A DNA stretch of 64,000 bases from an uncultured cyanobacterium (GTDB taxonomy: Bacteria; Cyanobacteriota; Cyanobacteriia; Phormidesmidales; Phormidesmidaceae), in the NCBI GenBank assembly GCA_963793265.1, contig CAWBZI010000001.1, positions 1,344,001 through 1,408,000 of the forward strand, in the 5' to 3' direction. The position numbers and the translations under genes are program-made. Positions within the stretch are counted from its first letter, which is position 1, and every line of letters begins with the position of its first letter. The notes beneath the pieces were generated by a model. That model was not told where the DNA came from. It saw only the letters and a program-made list of their open reading frames with translations, and made no database searches. Shown piece by piece: positions 39,236 to 48,740 of this stretch.

Positions 39236-40717
39236 CTATCTAGGGCCATCGTACGGCAGGCGCTGCCAGTCAGGATCAACTTCCATCAGCCAGTCCTCAC
39301 CCACCCGAATCGTAATATCCGAATCGATATCGCCTGTCGAATCGTACACGACTTGACCAATATCTACCGTCTCTTTAACTGAGCGCGCACTGCCAATATC
39401 GCCACGCTGAGCCACCACCGACGTTTGACGATTCACAGTGGCCCAGTCGCGCACCACGTACACATTATAAAAGCCCAAATCTCTGAGATATTCGGCCATT
39501 GAGTAGCTGGCATACTGGTCGTCAGTCGCATTTTGCACTGCAATCTTCAGGGCGCTCAAGGCTCTAGCAGAAGGCGGCTCGTAGTAGTTGATGCCCTGGC
39601 CTTCATCAGCAACCAGCTCAGCGGCAGAGCGCGTGTTGAAATAAGTTCGCATCAAGTCGCTGCTAGCAGATCTATCTGATAGCCAGTAGCTAGCGCTGTA
39701 TTCTTCAGGATCGCTAAAGCGCCCAGGCAGCATCACCATATGCAGATCTTTGCTGTCTAGATTCAGGCCGAAACCCGCCAAGGCTAGCAGCTCCTCTACG
39801 CTCAAGTTCGTATCAATATGGCTTTGCAACACGCGAATAATCTGCGGCAGCTTAGGCAGCATCGCGGGTGTCGCCAACCGCTTGCGCAGCGCCTTTAGTA
39901 AGACCTGCTGCCTTTGCACTCGGCCAATATCACCGTATGAGTCTTGGCGGAAGCGAGCAAACTGCTCGGCCTCATCGCCATTTAACACCTGCAACCCAGG
40001 CTGCAAGTCAATCACCAGCCCCTGCGTTTTGTCCTCATACTCCATGGCTTTTGGCACCATCACCTCAACGCCACCCACCAAATCGACAATCTTCTTAAAA
40101 GCCGCCGTGCTTACGCGTACATAGCGATCAATTTTGACATTATCAAAGTTGTGCATCACTGTTTGAGCTGCCAGCTCAGCGCCGCCCTCAAAGTTAGCCT
40201 CGTTAATTTTCTCGATGCCATAGCCCGGAATCTCAACCCGCGTATCGCGAGGAATCGACATCACATTGACGGCTTTTTCTTCGGGGTCAACGCGAGCGAG
40301 CAGCATGGTGTCCGTACGGCCTACCAAATCACCAGGCTTAGCCCCTTCTACGTCATGCGCTTCGTCTAGCCCCATCACTAATATATTGACGGGACGAGAA
40401 ACTTGATAGCGAAAGCCAGAGCGCCACAGGTCAGTCAGCGGCGGTGCTACTGTTTCATCACCAGCTGGCCGAGGAAGTGGAAAGGTAATAACCGCAAGGG
40501 TGCCTAAGCCAGCCGTTATCAGCGCAGTAGAGCCGAACAATATCGACCAAAAGGTGCCCTGAACCAACTTACGTAGGCCGCTGCGCTTCTTAGCTGTCGG
40601 GGTTAAAGACGTTTTTGTAGAGTTTGTAGAGATAGGGGGGAGCTTTTTTCGGCTAGGCAGGCGAGATGACGCTTCAGGATAAGAATTTGCCTCTTGATCA
40701 TTAGGCTGAATAGTCAT
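39236..40717 (-). CDS. LCP (LytR-CpsA-Psr) family protein with a LytR C-terminal domain
   Basis: TM helix, 'NILVMG.D', 'GRTDTMLL', 'SIPRDTRV', 'FARFR.D..GDIGR..RQQ', 'DSDITIRVG.DW'. Confidence 0.93.
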   Translation of the reverse strand: MTIQPNDQEANSYPEASSRLPSRKKLPPISTNSTKTSLTPTAKKRSGLRKLVQGTFWSILFGSTALITAGLGTLAVITFPLPRPAGDETVAPPLTDLWRSGFRYQVSRPVNILVMGLDEAHDVEGAKPGDLVGRTDTMLLARVDPEEKAVNVMSIPRDTRVEIPGYGIEKINEANFEGGAELAAQTVMHNFDNVKIDRYVRVSTAAFKKIVDLVGGVEVMVPKAMEYEDKTQGLVIDLQPGLQVLNGDEAEQFARFRQDSYGDIGRVQRQQVLLKALRKRLATPAMLPKLPQIIRVLQSHIDTNLSVEELLALAGFGLNLDSKDLHMVMLPGRFSDPEEYSASYWLSDRSASSDLMRTYFNTRSAAELVADEGQGINYYEPPSARALSALKIAVQNATDDQYASYSMAEYLRDLGFYNVYVVRDWATVNRQTSVVAQRGDIGSARSVKETVDIGQVVYDSTGDIDSDITIRVGEDWLMEVDPDWQRLPYDGPR

Positions 40718-41076
40718 TACGGGGCGATCGCAGGGATAAATGTGGGCAAATATTTTCGCACTAGCCTGATGAAGCTACCAAAGATCAGTAGAGGCAGGCG
40801 TAATCTTCGAGACACTTTGAGAAAAATCTGAGGATAGATGACGCCTGATATACAAACGAGTAAAGAGGCTGCACGAAAAATTTACCAGAACTGTTGATCT
40901 CAAACTATGCGTGAATTTACGACTCACAGCCGTTCAGATCACGACGTTTCTAGAAAATTGTGCAAACTTTTGCAAGTTTGTGTTTTGTTAATCAATTGTT
41001 AAGAGAATTGTAGCCTGTAATCTTCCGGTCAGGGGTAGGATAAACCGGAATCTTGGATGGCACAGTAGTATTTGTT

Positions 41077-42147
41077 ATGGCGCGTTTTATCCCCATTATT
41101 TTGGCTGGCGGCAAGGGCGAGCGCTTTTGGCCTGTCAGCAGGCTGAAGCGGCCTAAGCAGTTTCTGTGCCTAGACGGCGGCGAGCGATCGCTCTTACAGT
41201 CCACGGCCGATCGCCTGCTGCCGATGGCTGATTGGGCATCGCTTTTTGTCATTACCGCATCGCATTTGGCCGAGGGCGTCCGCGAGCAGCTTCCAGAGAT
41301 TCCTACTGAAAACATATTGGTAGAGCCTCAGGGCCGTGATACTGCCCCAGCCGTGGCCTGGGCAACATTAGAAGTGGCTAAACGCTTTGGCGAAGACGCA
41401 GTTTGCGGGTTTTTCCCTGCCGATCACTACATCACCGATGAAGCGCGCTATCGAGATACGCTAAAAGCAGCGGCTGCGCTAGCGGTGGAGGAAGGGGCGA
41501 TCGCAACCCTTGGCATTACCCCCACTTTTCCCTCTACCGGCTACGGCTACATCGAACAAGGCAACGAAGCAGGCACCTTCAGCGCAGGCACCGTGACCGA
41601 TCTGCCTGCCTATAAGGTCAGCCGCTTTGCCGAAAAACCTGATAAGGCGACTGCCGAAGCCTTCCTTGCCAGCGGCAGATATAGCTGGAACAGCGGCATG
41701 TTTATCTTTCCAGCCGCCGTCATGATCGCAGAGCTGAAGACCCACGCCCCCGAGATGACCTATGCGCTACTCGAAAAAGGTGCAGATGCCTACGCAACGC
41801 TAAAAAAGCTCAGCATTGACTATGCGGTGATGGAAAAAACGGATCGGGCCTACGTGGTACCAGCTAACTTTGGCTGGGATGATTTGGGCGATTGGAATGC
41901 CATTGAACGGCTGCTTAAAGGCGATGCGGACAATGTAGAGCTGTGTCAGCACGTCGGTATCGATAGCCACGGCAGCATTTTGTATAGCGCTGATCCCGCA
42001 GAAGTGATTGTCACGATTGGGCTAGAGGATGTAGTAGTGGTGCGCGATGGCAACGCTACTCTGATCGTGAAAAAAGACCGTACGCAGGAAATTAAGCAGG
42101 CGGTGAAGTCTTTAGGTCAGGAAGATAAATTCCAGCACATGCTGTAA
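41077..42147 (+). CDS. manC: mannose-1-phosphate guanylyltransferase
   Basis: 'PIILAGG.GERFWP.SR..RPKQFL', 'EP.GRDTAPA', 'F.EKPD', 'WNSGMF', 'SIDYAVMEK', 'GWDDLGDW'. Confidence 0.93.
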   Translation: MARFIPIILAGGKGERFWPVSRLKRPKQFLCLDGGERSLLQSTADRLLPMADWASLFVITASHLAEGVREQLPEIPTENILVEPQGRDTAPAVAWATLEVAKRFGEDAVCGFFPADHYITDEARYRDTLKAAAALAVEEGAIATLGITPTFPSTGYGYIEQGNEAGTFSAGTVTDLPAYKVSRFAEKPDKATAEAFLASGRYSWNSGMFIFPAAVMIAELKTHAPEMTYALLEKGADAYATLKKLSIDYAVMEKTDRAYVVPANFGWDDLGDWNAIERLLKGDADNVELCQHVGIDSHGSILYSADPAEVIVTIGLEDVVVVRDGNATLIVKKDRTQEIKQAVKSLGQEDKFQHML

Positions 42148-42237
42148 ACGGCTTAACACACCCCTTAAACAAACTAGGCAAGGCTCTGAATCTAGCATTC
42201 TAGGCGCAGCCAGCTTAAAAACTTAAAATACATAGCG

Positions 42238-42290
42238 AAAGCCTTGTGCACTTAAAGACTCAGCTTACGAGTCAGGTGCGCAGGGCTTTT
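42238..42290 (+). terminator. probable terminator downstream of manC
   Basis: AAAGCCTTGTGCAC...GACTC-N7-GAGTC...GTGCGCAGGGCTTTT hairpin with a T-tract. Confidence 0.65.
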
Positions 42291-42459
42291 GTACGTGGGC
42301 ACATCTATGCCGATTTATACGGAGGTATCGGCTAGGATTTACGGTAGATTTGGGTATGTTTACGGAATCTTTTTGTACAAATTGGATATGCTGTAAACTT
42401 TTCTAAGCAACGAAGGCGACTGTCTTTACTAAATTTTCATCCTCATTCTGCAAAATACA

Positions 42460-43245
42460 ATGGCCCTCAAGACAATGGCACTACCACGTATTTCAAAAGT
42501 AGCGATCGCCGCTGGCATTTTAGGCACCAGCTTACTAGCTGTTACGCCTGCTAACGCTTCAGTCCTGGTTGATCCGTCTATCAGAAGAGAAGGCAGCGAC
42601 ACCTCTCAGGTATCAAACAGCAGCGAAAATATTGTTCAGCTAGCCACTAGCACCCCTGGCTTCAGCACGCTCTCAGCAGCTTTGCAGGCCGCTAATCTTA
42701 CCGGCATCTTAACTGGCGAAGGCCCTTTCACCGTATTTGCCCCCACCGATGCGGCTTTTAGCGCGCTCCCCGACGGCGCACTAGAAACCCTACTTTTGCC
42801 CGAGAATAGAGACTTACTGACTAAAGTGCTCTACAACCACGTGGGCTACGGGAATGTCACTTCCGACCAGCTCAGCGCAGGCGCTTTTGAAACGTTTGAC
42901 GGCACCGTTGACGTCGAGGTTGAACCAACAGGCGTTACGGTAGATGGCGCTAATGTTGTTCAAGCTGATGTAGATGCCAGTAACGGCGTTATCCACGCAG
43001 TAGATACAGTGCTTTTACCAGCAGGCTTCACCGACCAGCTTCAGGCCCGAATGAACAGCACATCTACAACTTCAACAACTTCTAGCAGCAGCACAGAGCA
43101 AATTACTCGAGCAACCACACTGCAAGAGAGTGCAATCGATCGTTCACAAGAAGTTGCACCTGTTGCACCTGTTGCACCCGCAGCGGTAACGCCTCAGCCT
43201 GAGCCTGAACCTGCTGCTCAAGAGCCTGTACGCGGCCTTTGGTAG
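42460..43245 (+). CDS. secreted fasciclin (FAS1) domain protein
   Basis: Signal peptide, 'FSTL.AAL.AA.L', 'GPFTVFAPTD.AF', 'ASNGVIH.VD.VL', C-terminal 'PVRGLW'. Confidence 0.93.
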   Translation: MALKTMALPRISKVAIAAGILGTSLLAVTPANASVLVDPSIRREGSDTSQVSNSSENIVQLATSTPGFSTLSAALQAANLTGILTGEGPFTVFAPTDAAFSALPDGALETLLLPENRDLLTKVLYNHVGYGNVTSDQLSAGAFETFDGTVDVEVEPTGVTVDGANVVQADVDASNGVIHAVDTVLLPAGFTDQLQARMNSTSTTSTTSSSSTEQITRATTLQESAIDRSQEVAPVAPVAPAAVTPQPEPEPAAQEPVRGLW

Positions 43246-43400
43246 TCGGCCATTCTAGGAGCCGACCAGGAACCAACCAGGCGCTAGCGAGTCGTGCAGC
43301 ATCGTTGATCCGAGCCTTTTTTCCAGAGGGCTGAATCAAACGCACGACTCGCCGGTTCAAAAGCATTTTTAGCAGTACTCATATTCTCAACAAGGGCGTC

Positions 43401-43952
43401 ATGAAGTTGCCAAATTCGTTCTCGGCTTTGCTGTTCGCAGGGCTTGTATTAGGAGCCGCAGCACCTGCCATTGCGCAGCAGGCACCCATCACCACGCCTC
43501 GCGAAACGCCTCGATCATCGGCCACCAGAACGGCCTACTCCACAACAGAAGCGCAGTCTGTGATGGGCAGTCAAATTGTCTTGAGTTTGGAGCAGCGCCG
43601 GGTATTTCTCTACCGTGGCGACATGCTCGTAAGTAGCTATCCAGTGGCGATTGGCACAGAGGAAACGCCTACGCCCCAGGGAGAATTTGCCGTTTCACAA
43701 ATGGTCACCAATCCAGCCTGGCAGAGTCCTTGGACAGGAGAAGTGCATGAGCCGGGCGCTGATAGCGCTCTGGGCCTGAGATGGATAGGATTTGCAGCCA
43801 GTGATGAGGGGTCTTTTGGCTTCCACGGTACGCCGACTGTCGAGTCTATCGGGCAGGCAGCCTCTAACGGCTGTGTGAGAATGCACAACGAAGACGTGGT
43901 GGCTTTGTTTGCTCAAGTAGATATCGGTACGACGGTCATTGTGCAGCAGTAG
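43401..43952 (+). CDS. L,D-transpeptidase (YkuD family)
   Basis: 'YPVAIG....PTP.G.F', 'LG.RWIGF', 'GFHGT......G.A.SNGCVRM.N.DV'. Confidence 0.92.
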   Translation: MKLPNSFSALLFAGLVLGAAAPAIAQQAPITTPRETPRSSATRTAYSTTEAQSVMGSQIVLSLEQRRVFLYRGDMLVSSYPVAIGTEETPTPQGEFAVSQMVTNPAWQSPWTGEVHEPGADSALGLRWIGFAASDEGSFGFHGTPTVESIGQAASNGCVRMHNEDVVALFAQVDIGTTVIVQQ

Positions 43953-43978
43953 ATGCAGCAGTAGACGCAGCAGTAGAT
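43943..43978 (+). repeat. 12-bp tandem repeat x3 containing the stop codon
   Basis: GCAGCAGTAGAT-GCAGCAGTAGAC-GCAGCAGTAGAT. Confidence 0.9.
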
Positions 43979-43979
43979 T

Positions 43980-44543
43980 ATGAATTATTCAAGGCAGTGG
44001 CTTAGATATTGTGTAGCCGGTACAGTTGCAGCGATCACGTCTCTATCAGCCGGTCACATAGCGGAGGCAACCGCAGTTGAGTTGTCAGAGCCCTCCGTAG
44101 AACCGGCAATGCGTACGGCAGCTACCACTAATCTTGAATCCAATACCCAAACGCTTGCGCTCAATATAGTCCTTAGTCTCTCAGACCGACGTGTTTCGGT
44201 TTATCGCGGTGACATGCTTGTCTCTAGCTATGCAGTCGCCGTGGGCCGTGAAGGTTGGAATACACCGACTGGCGAGTTCAGCGTCTTTCAAAAACAAGTC
44301 AATCCCGCTTGGGAGCATCCTTTCACTGGCGAAGTGCTGCCGCCTGGCCCTGAAAATCCCCTGGGAGCCCGATGGATTGGCTTTTGGTCGGATGGCATTA
44401 ATTCTATTGGCTTTCACGGGACGCCCGACGAGTCAGTAATTGGTAGCGCGGTGTCTCACGGCTGCGTACGGATGCACAATGAAGATGTGCTGGCGCTGTA
44501 TGAGCAGGTAGGCTTAGATACGCCTGTGACCGTTTTGCCCTAA
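43980..44543 (+). CDS. L,D-transpeptidase (YkuD family)
   Basis: 'NPLG.RWIGF', 'IGFHGT......G.AVSHGCVRM.N.DV..LY'. Confidence 0.92.
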   Translation: MNYSRQWLRYCVAGTVAAITSLSAGHIAEATAVELSEPSVEPAMRTAATTNLESNTQTLALNIVLSLSDRRVSVYRGDMLVSSYAVAVGREGWNTPTGEFSVFQKQVNPAWEHPFTGEVLPPGPENPLGARWIGFWSDGINSIGFHGTPDESVIGSAVSHGCVRMHNEDVLALYEQVGLDTPVTVLP

Positions 44544-44615
44544 TGAATCCTCGCTTTTAAGTTAAAACGCTACGCTAATAGAAGTTATTCTTGATTTATA
44601 GGCCCTTTTTATAAC

Positions 44616-46463
44616 TTGGCGTCTACCTCTAAATTCTCAGCATTCATTAAAAGCGCGAGCAGCTCCCTGACGATTTTCAAAAACATGCCCCGGCTGCTTC
44701 GGCTAGTATGGGTAGCTGCCCCAGGGGCACTGATTATCAGCCTGATACTGACGCTCACCAGTGCGCTGATACCCGCAACTCAAATTTACATTAGCAAGCT
44801 GATTGTAGATAAGGTGGTGGATTTAGTCGGCGACGGCGTGGCGATCGCACTTATCATCCAATCCCTGACGCCCTTGGTCGCAGCAGGCTTCGGCTTTTTA
44901 CTCCTCCAAGCCGTCTTGCAGCAGCTCGACAGCTACATCACTCAGATCATGAGCGATCGCTTCCTGCTTTTCGCCAACACCCAACTCCTGCAACAGGCCA
45001 CCCGACTAGATCTGGCCCACTACGAATCGGCAGAATTTCACGACATCCTCGACCGCGCCCGGCAAAGCGGCAGCAACTATCCCATGCGGGTGCTGCGCCT
45101 ATCCTTACAGCTTCTAGGCCAGGTAACTCGCCTGTTTGGACTGCTCGCCCTGCTACTGCGCTTTAATCCTTTAGTCTTCGTACTGCTCTTACTCAGCGCC
45201 CTGCCCACCTTTTGGGTCAGCGTTCGCTTCTCCGAGCGCCGCTTTTGGATGACCCGCCGCCAAACGCCCAGCCGCCGCCTCGCTGACTACTTTGGCAAAG
45301 TGCTCACCGAACCTGAGTTTGTCAAAGAGGTGCGGCTGTTTAACTTGGGCAGCTACATGGCTAAGCAGTATCAAGACATTCGCGCTGAATTTAATGAGGA
45401 GTCTAAAGTTCTTGCTCGGCGGCAGGCGATCGCTCAAGTCGCGCTAGAAATTATCTCAGCCATCGGCTTCTACGGCGCGTATGCCCTAGTCCTTTGGGAA
45501 ACCATTCGCGGACTTGTCACCATTGGCGATTTAACCCTATATGCAGGCACCTTTCAGCAGGCCCAAGCCGCTACCGCTGGCATTTTGCTCAGCATCGCCA
45601 CCCTTTACGAATTTAACCTGTACGTCTCTCAATACTTCGAGTTTTTAGATCTTGCCCCACAGGTCATCAGCCCAAATCGCGCTAAACCTTTCCCCAAACC
45701 TATCCGCGAAGGACTCGTTTTAGATAATGTCTACTTCACCTATCCCGGCAGCGACACGCCCACGCTCAAAAATATTAATCTTGAGATCGGCCCGCAGGAG
45801 TGCATTGCGCTTGTAGGTTTAAACGGCTCTGGTAAAACGACGCTGCTGAAGCTACTAACCCGGCTGTATGACATCGACCGCGGTCGAATTTCAATTGATG
45901 ATGTGCCGCTAAGCGCGTTTAATCTCGAAGACTTACGGCGCAATATCGGCGTGTTGTTTCAAGATTTTGCGCGCTATGCCCTTACGGCCAAAGACAATAT
46001 TGGCTTCGGCAACCTGCCCGATCGAGAGGATGACGAGCAGGTTTTGCAGGCGGCGACTGATGCGGGGGCGACAGCGGTGATTGATAGGCTAGAGGGCGGC
46101 TACGATACCGTGCTCGGCAAAATGTTTGACGGCGGCGTAGATCTCTCAGGCGGGCAGTGGCAGAAGATTGGGCTGGCTAGAGCCTTTATGTCGCAGGCGC
46201 AGGTGTTGATACTCGATGAGCCTACAGCAGCGGTGGATGCGATCGCTGAACACGATCTCTTTGAACGCTTCCGCCAGCTCACTCAGGGCAAAATGACCTT
46301 CTTAGTCAGCCACCGCTTCTCAACGGTACGCATGGCCGATCGCATTGTCGTGCTAGAAGATGGCGAAGTGATTGAAGCTGGCACTCACGATGAGCTAGTT
46401 GCCCAGCAAGGCCGCTATGAGGAAATGTTTCGATTGCAGGCAGAAAGCTATACGAGCGCTTAA
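44616..46463 (+). CDS. ABC exporter, fused permease/ATP-binding protein
   Basis: N-terminal TMD, Walker A 'GLNGSGKTT', signature 'LSGGQWQ', 'ILDEPT', 'SHR'. The start is uncertain. Confidence 0.92.
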   Translation: MASTSKFSAFIKSASSSLTIFKNMPRLLRLVWVAAPGALIISLILTLTSALIPATQIYISKLIVDKVVDLVGDGVAIALIIQSLTPLVAAGFGFLLLQAVLQQLDSYITQIMSDRFLLFANTQLLQQATRLDLAHYESAEFHDILDRARQSGSNYPMRVLRLSLQLLGQVTRLFGLLALLLRFNPLVFVLLLLSALPTFWVSVRFSERRFWMTRRQTPSRRLADYFGKVLTEPEFVKEVRLFNLGSYMAKQYQDIRAEFNEESKVLARRQAIAQVALEIISAIGFYGAYALVLWETIRGLVTIGDLTLYAGTFQQAQAATAGILLSIATLYEFNLYVSQYFEFLDLAPQVISPNRAKPFPKPIREGLVLDNVYFTYPGSDTPTLKNINLEIGPQECIALVGLNGSGKTTLLKLLTRLYDIDRGRISIDDVPLSAFNLEDLRRNIGVLFQDFARYALTAKDNIGFGNLPDREDDEQVLQAATDAGATAVIDRLEGGYDTVLGKMFDGGVDLSGGQWQKIGLARAFMSQAQVLILDEPTAAVDAIAEHDLFERFRQLTQGKMTFLVSHRFSTVRMADRIVVLEDGEVIEAGTHDELVAQQGRYEEMFRLQAESYTSA

Positions 46464-46683
46464 GCCATTAGGCGATCTATCGTTTGGCAAATCTCGGGCG
46501 ATCGCGATTATCCGTACTAAAAACTATCGGTTTCTCGATAGGATTAGAAAGGCAACTTTACCACTTTAATTTGCAATGGACATTCGGTTTAAGCTTTGGC
46601 TCGGCGTCTTTGGTTCACTCCTCACTCTTTGGCTCGCCGTCAACTTTTTAGTTTGAGATAGCTAGTGAATCAGAGGTGCCAGA

Positions 46684-47556
46684 TCACTTCCGCGCCGTTA
46701 GCCAAGTTTGGACTTCAGCCAAGCTCTCAAAGTCTAATAGCATTTCACTTAAGTCTTCCAGCATAGCCAGTGGCAGTTCTGATATTTCTTTTTGAATAGC
46801 ATCTGGAAGTACCCCAAAGCGTTTTCCCAGCAGCCGAAGGATGACTCTGGCTTCTCCTTCGGCCTTACCTTCGGCCTTACCTTCGGCCTTACCTTCGGCC
46901 CTACCTTCGGCCATGATGTCCTGATAGACTCTGGTTTCTTCAAAAGAGATGTCCAACATTTTCTCTACCTCTCGACGGTTAATTTGTCCAAATCTATACG
47001 AAATGATGGTGATTACCATATCTATGATGGCACGACTTTCATCAGACGAGCCTGTCTGACTTGTCCGCTTTAACAACGCTCTAGCCTCTGCCGGTGCGCT
47101 CGCTTCATCTAGTGTCGTCAATACCATCAGTCCAACCCAGGACGGTAGCTGCTGGATATCTCCAAGCTCATCTAGATAGATTCGGTGCAGTTGACCGCAC
47201 GCTAACAGTCGTCTGTGCGGATACAGCTCACCCTGCTCTTTACTGCGAGAAGGATAGATGACGACAGATTGCCAATCGGTGAAGCGATCGCGATTTCGAT
47301 AAAAGTAAAGCGCCGATTCAGCAAAGACCCGCTCGTAAAGTCTTTCGTCTTTTTGAAACTGAACTTCAACGAAAAAAACAGCGCCTGGCTTGCCTTCTGG
47401 CGGTAGAATCACACCGTCAATTTCAAACCTGGGTTCTTTTACAGCAACCGAATCAAAGCGATAGCCGTCAGTATCTTCAGGTGGATTAGGCAGTAGCTCA
47501 AACAGCAGGGTCGGAGAGAGCTGAAAGAGCTTGTAAAAGATTGAATCGCGTCGCAT
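46684..47556 (-). CDS. Rpn family recombination-promoting nuclease (DUF2887 + DUF4351)
   Basis: 'MRRDSIFY.LF', 'Y.F.SV.VKE..F.IDG', 'FVEVQFQ.D', EG(K/R)A repeats, 'L.KRFG.L......I..L....LEDL.E.LLDF....V..WL'. Confidence 0.92.
   Translation of the reverse strand: MRRDSIFYKLFQLSPTLLFELLPNPPEDTDGYRFDSVAVKEPRFEIDGVILPPEGKPGAVFFVEVQFQKDERLYERVFAESALYFYRNRDRFTDWQSVVIYPSRSKEQGELYPHRRLLACGQLHRIYLDELGDIQQLPSWVGLMVLTTLDEASAPAEARALLKRTSQTGSSDESRAIIDMVITIISYRFGQINRREVEKMLDISFEETRVYQDIMAEGRAEGKAEGKAEGKAEGEARVILRLLGKRFGVLPDAIQKEISELPLAMLEDLSEMLLDFESLAEVQTWLTARK
46857..46912 (-). repeat. 12-bp coding tandem repeat (EGKA) in the Rpn gene
   Basis: CTTCGGCCTTAC repeated about 4.5 times on the plus strand. 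Confidence 0.9.
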
Positions 47557-47591
47557 ATTGCATAGCCCTTATTTATTTTTGGTATCAACTT

Positions 47592-48458
47592 TTAGGCTGC
47601 TGCGAATAGACGCTCCCAATCGATGTTGGAGGGGCGATCGCCCTTAGAAATCATCTCAAATGCCTTATTTTCTGCCGCTGCAATCTCCAAGCAGGCCACA
47701 CAGGCCGCCGCCACATCAATCCGACTGGTTTGCCCATTGAGCGTATCGCCTGTAGCCATCGCTACCCCAGCTTTTCCTTCAGTACTCGCCTGCACTAGAG
47801 AATTAAAGTCACGCGAGGTATAGGGGCCATCGGTTAGCTGCCCCGGCCTGATAATTGTGTAGGGAAGCCCCGATCGCAAAATTGCATTCTCGCCTTTACC
47901 CTTTGCATCTAGTACACCAAAAGCATTCAGCAGGCTATACGGAAACTGGTCTTTGCGCGCTACCCCGCAAGAGGAGACAAACACAAATCGCTGTAGCGTT
48001 CTGGGCGCAGCCTGCACCAAATTACTCACGCCAATTGCATCCACGGCCTCTGGGGTATTACGTGCGTTGGCATTGCGAAAGTCTTCATTGAGATAAATTT
48101 TTGACCAGCTCGCAATTTGCTCTAGCGGGTTGCTACCTAGATCCGCCTTGAAGTCCCACCGATCAGAAGGTAGCGCCGTTGTACCCGTCGCACAGATTAA
48201 GTGCGTAATCTCCTCGGTTGCGGCGGTTAGCGTTTGGGGCTCACGAATATCACCCACGGCAATCTCAACTTTACCTGCGAACATGGTCTGCGCTTTTTCG
48301 GCGCTACGGGTTAAGGCACGCACCTTATAGCCTTCAGTCAATAGCTTTGCCACCGCTAGCTGCCCCACCCCACCTGTCGCACCCGCTACGAGCACCAAAG
48401 AGCCTGCCTTTGGTGCGCTATTAGCAGGTTCGTTACCGGAAAAAATGTCTGCAGTCAT
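47592..48458 (-). CDS. NAD(P)-binding atypical SDR oxidoreductase
   Basis: 'VLVAGATGGVG', 'RFVFVSS', 'SGLPYTIIRPG.L.DGP', 'SRIDVA'. Confidence 0.88.
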   Translation of the reverse strand: MTADIFSGNEPANSAPKAGSLVLVAGATGGVGQLAVAKLLTEGYKVRALTRSAEKAQTMFAGKVEIAVGDIREPQTLTAATEEITHLICATGTTALPSDRWDFKADLGSNPLEQIASWSKIYLNEDFRNANARNTPEAVDAIGVSNLVQAAPRTLQRFVFVSSCGVARKDQFPYSLLNAFGVLDAKGKGENAILRSGLPYTIIRPGQLTDGPYTSRDFNSLVQASTEGKAGVAMATGDTLNGQTSRIDVAAACVACLEIAAAENKAFEMISKGDRPSNIDWERLFAAA

Positions 48459-48740
48459 GATGTCACCTTAATTATTGCGAGCTTTATGTAGAGGCTTTTG
48501 TGCAGTTTAGAATCTAATTTCGGTAAGGTGGCTTAGGACACTTGCTTTGCATATTTAGCGTCATAAAGTTTAATATTTAGCTTGATGTTTAGAACCATCG
48601 GGGTTTTGCCTGGCAGCGACCGAAAAGATTGTCAGTGCAAACCACTTAAACTGTAGGTCTTTCTAGGCCAACCACGCAGAAATATGCTCCAGCAGCCTCC
48701 TGATAAAAAAGTTTTGATACGAATTTTGAACAATCTTTTT

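Noticed and set aside
43943..43978. Possible mini CRISPR array
   Set aside because: The units are 12 bp, contiguous and spacerless, and there are no cas genes.
46684..47556. Rpn 'putative transposase' as an insertion sequence
   Set aside because: No terminal inverted repeats or target duplication seen; the family is a PD-(D/E)XK nuclease, not a DDE transposase.
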